Shown here one piece after another: positions 61,643-64,000 of a stretch of 64,000 bases of DNA. The stretch is from an uncultured bacterium (GTDB lineage: Bacteria > Krumholzibacteriota > Krumholzibacteriia > JACNKJ01), in the NCBI GenBank assembly GCA_963695095.1, contig CAVOFT010000001.1, positions 1,376,001 through 1,440,000 on the forward strand. The letters are read 5' to 3'. Below the pieces are notes generated by a model that ran no database searches, was not told the DNA's origin, and worked only from the letters and a program-made list of their open reading frames with translations. Every line of letters begins with the position of its first letter. The stretch's first letter is position 1. The position numbers were made by a program, and so were the translations under genes.

Positions 61643-64000
61643 ATGATGAAGACCGTGAAGGGACTGGCCATCGGCTTGCTGCTGCTCTGCTTGGCGGCGC
61701 CGGTTCTGGCCGAGACATCACAGATCGCGTTGAGCGGCAGCGAAACACGGCTCGAATTGCTGGCGCAGGAGGGCGACGCTCTCCATTATCGCCTCTCCCT
61801 GGCCGGCCTGGCCGCCGAGCGCGTGGCCACCCCGGCGGGGGCCTTCACCCGGCTGGACATCCCCGGCTACTACCACAGCCAGGAAGTCGGCGCGCCGGCC
61901 CTGCCGATGCTCAACCGCCTCATCGAGCTGCCCCTGGGCGCCAAGGCGAGCATCGAGATCATCGGCCTCCAGGAGCGCGAGATCGATTTGGGCGCCCTCG
62001 GCCTCGGCGATCCGCTCTTCCCGGCGCAGCCCAGCCTGTCCAAGAGCGCCGATCCGGCCAGTCGGCCCTTCCGCTATGACGCCGCGGCCTACCGGGCCGA
62101 ACCCGTTGCCCGCGACCTGGTGGCCGTCGTCGATTGCGGGCAGCTTCGCGGCGCCCGCGTGGGCCGGCTCGAAGTGTCCCCGGTCACCTACTATCCCGAG
62201 GCCAAGCGCCTGCGCGTGGCCGAGAGCGTCGAGTTCCGCGTCAACTTCACGGGCGGCGATCCCGTGGCCGAGGCGCGCCTGAAGGCCCTCACCCGCAGCC
62301 CCTTCTTCACACCGGTCTACGAGCGCCTCGAGGGAGCCCGCGGCCTGCATGACAGCTATCCGGATCGCGTGCGCGATCTCGTGACGCTGGTCGTCGTGAC
62401 GCCGCCGGAGTTCGAGTACCAGCTGGCGGACTTCGTCGCCTGGAAGACGCGCCGCGGCTTCAAGACGATCTTGGCCGTCACCGGCACGCCCGAGGTCGGC
62501 ACGCACCACGGCTCAGATCCAGGCCTACATCCACGGCCTCTACAACAACGCGACGCCCGAGCAGCCGGCGCCCAGCTTCGTCGTCTTCGTGGGCGACGTC
62601 GCCCAGATGCCGACCTGGACCGAGGGCGGCAACGTCACCGACCGGCCCTACTGCGCGGTCGAGGGCGGCGACCTGATGCCGGACATCTACTACGGCCGCC
62701 TGAGCGCCACCAACCCGACGCATGCTCCAGGCCATCCTGGACAAGACCCTCGATGTACGACCAGTTCACCATGCCCGATCCCAGCTATCTCGAGGAGGTG
62801 GTCATGATCGCCGGCATGGACGGCAGCTTCGGCTCCGTCTGGGCGAACGGCCAGATCAACTACGGGACGACCTACTACTTCAACCCCGCGCACGAGATCC
62901 TCAGCCACACCTATCTGTACCCGGCCTCGGGCAGCAGCGACGCCGCAGATCGTGCAGAACGTGAGCGACGGCGTCAGCTACATCAACTACACCGCCCACG
63001 GCAGCACGACCTCCTGGTCGGACCCGACCTTCACGCAGGGCAACATCAACAGCCTGCAGAACTACGGCGAGTACTGCCTGGCCGTCGGCAACTGCTGCCT
63101 GACCAGCAGCTACGAGGTCGGCGAGTGCTTCGCCGAGACCTGGCTGCGCGTGGCGGACAAGGGCGCCATCGGCTACATCGGCGGCAGCAACTCGACCTAC
63201 TGGGACGAGGACTACTGGTGGGGCGTGGGCTAACGGCAGCATCGTCGCCAACCCCACCTACGAGACCCACGACGATGGGCGCCTACGACGGCCTCTTCCA
63301 CGATCACGGCGAGGCGATGACGCAGTGGTACGTCACCAACGACGCGCTGATCTTCTGCGGCAACCTCGCCGTGATGGAGGCCGGCTCCAGCCTGACCAGC
63401 TACTACTGGACCATCTACAACCTGATGGGCGACCCCAGCCTCAGCACCTGGATCGGCGTGCCGCAGACCAACCCGGTCAACCATGTCAGCCGCTCTTCAC
63501 CACCAGCACGAGTCTGGCGATCGCCGCCGCTCCCGGCAGCTACTGCGGGCTCAGCCAGGACGGTGCGCTGGTCGGTGCCGGCACCGTGGGCGCGACGGGC
63601 AGCCTCGACCTGGAGATCTGGGAGCTGCTCACCCCCGGCCCGGCCGAGCTGATCGTGATGGCCCAGAACATGGAGCCGTACACGGCGACGATCAATGTCA
63701 TCGTGCCGGCCACGATCGTCTTCGATCCGGACGCCATCGACGCCCAGGTGCCCACGACGGTGACCATCGGCGTCTTCGAGGCTGACGGGACCACCCCCAA
63801 GCCCGGCATCGAGGTCTGGGCCGAGGGCGTGGGCTACGCGACGGCGCGCGTGACCACCGGCGGCGACGGCAACTGCCAGCTGCTGATCGACTACCCCTAC
63901 GGCCCGAGCGTCGACATCTGCGGGCAGGATCCGGCGGATCCCTGGCTGCTCTTCCGCCAGCCGCTGACGGTGAATGCCCTGCCGCTGATGGACGTCGCCC
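61643..64000 (+). CDS. C25 (gingipain) cysteine peptidase with propeptide, Kgp-like; several +1 frameshifts; 3' truncated by window
   Basis: Signal peptide; propeptide GAPALP...LIELP, FPAQPS.SKS; catalytic NYTAHGS..WSDP and GNCCLT; YWDEDYWW; YNLMGDPSL. Confidence 0.85.

Overview
High-GC (~70%) bacterial chromosomal window. Six secreted proteins ending in FlgD-Ig/T9SS-like C-terminal domains and a Lys-gingipain-like C25 protease point, by inference, to an FCB-superphylum candidate lineage (Krumholzibacteriota/Latescibacterota/Eisenbacteria-like). Layout: 3' end of glyS; a ~16 kb cluster of uncharacterised surface proteins (two ~1040-aa paralogous exoproteins, three Ig-repeat lipoproteins, one further CTD protein) running into asparaginase II, tnaA and ppdK; envelope genes (CDP-alcohol phosphatidyltransferase, CBM48 lipoprotein, vWA protein, lamin-tail protein plus two barrel-like ORFs, anmK, SpoIID/LytB); tRNA-Asp; a patchwork of small accessory genes; radical SAM and cydAB; DUF937/BON-LysM/dodecin; a BNR-repeat exoprotein; an M14 peptidase; a two-permease RND system; and a C25 protease running off the end. 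Several genes are broken by clusters of single-base insertions that look like long-read consensus errors. Most notable: the surface-protein locus; a ~70-bp covarying cruciform element sitting in opposite orientations at the stop codons of the two paralogues; and a tandem parS-like palindrome at 53.7 kb. All family assignments come from motif recognition, not database searches.
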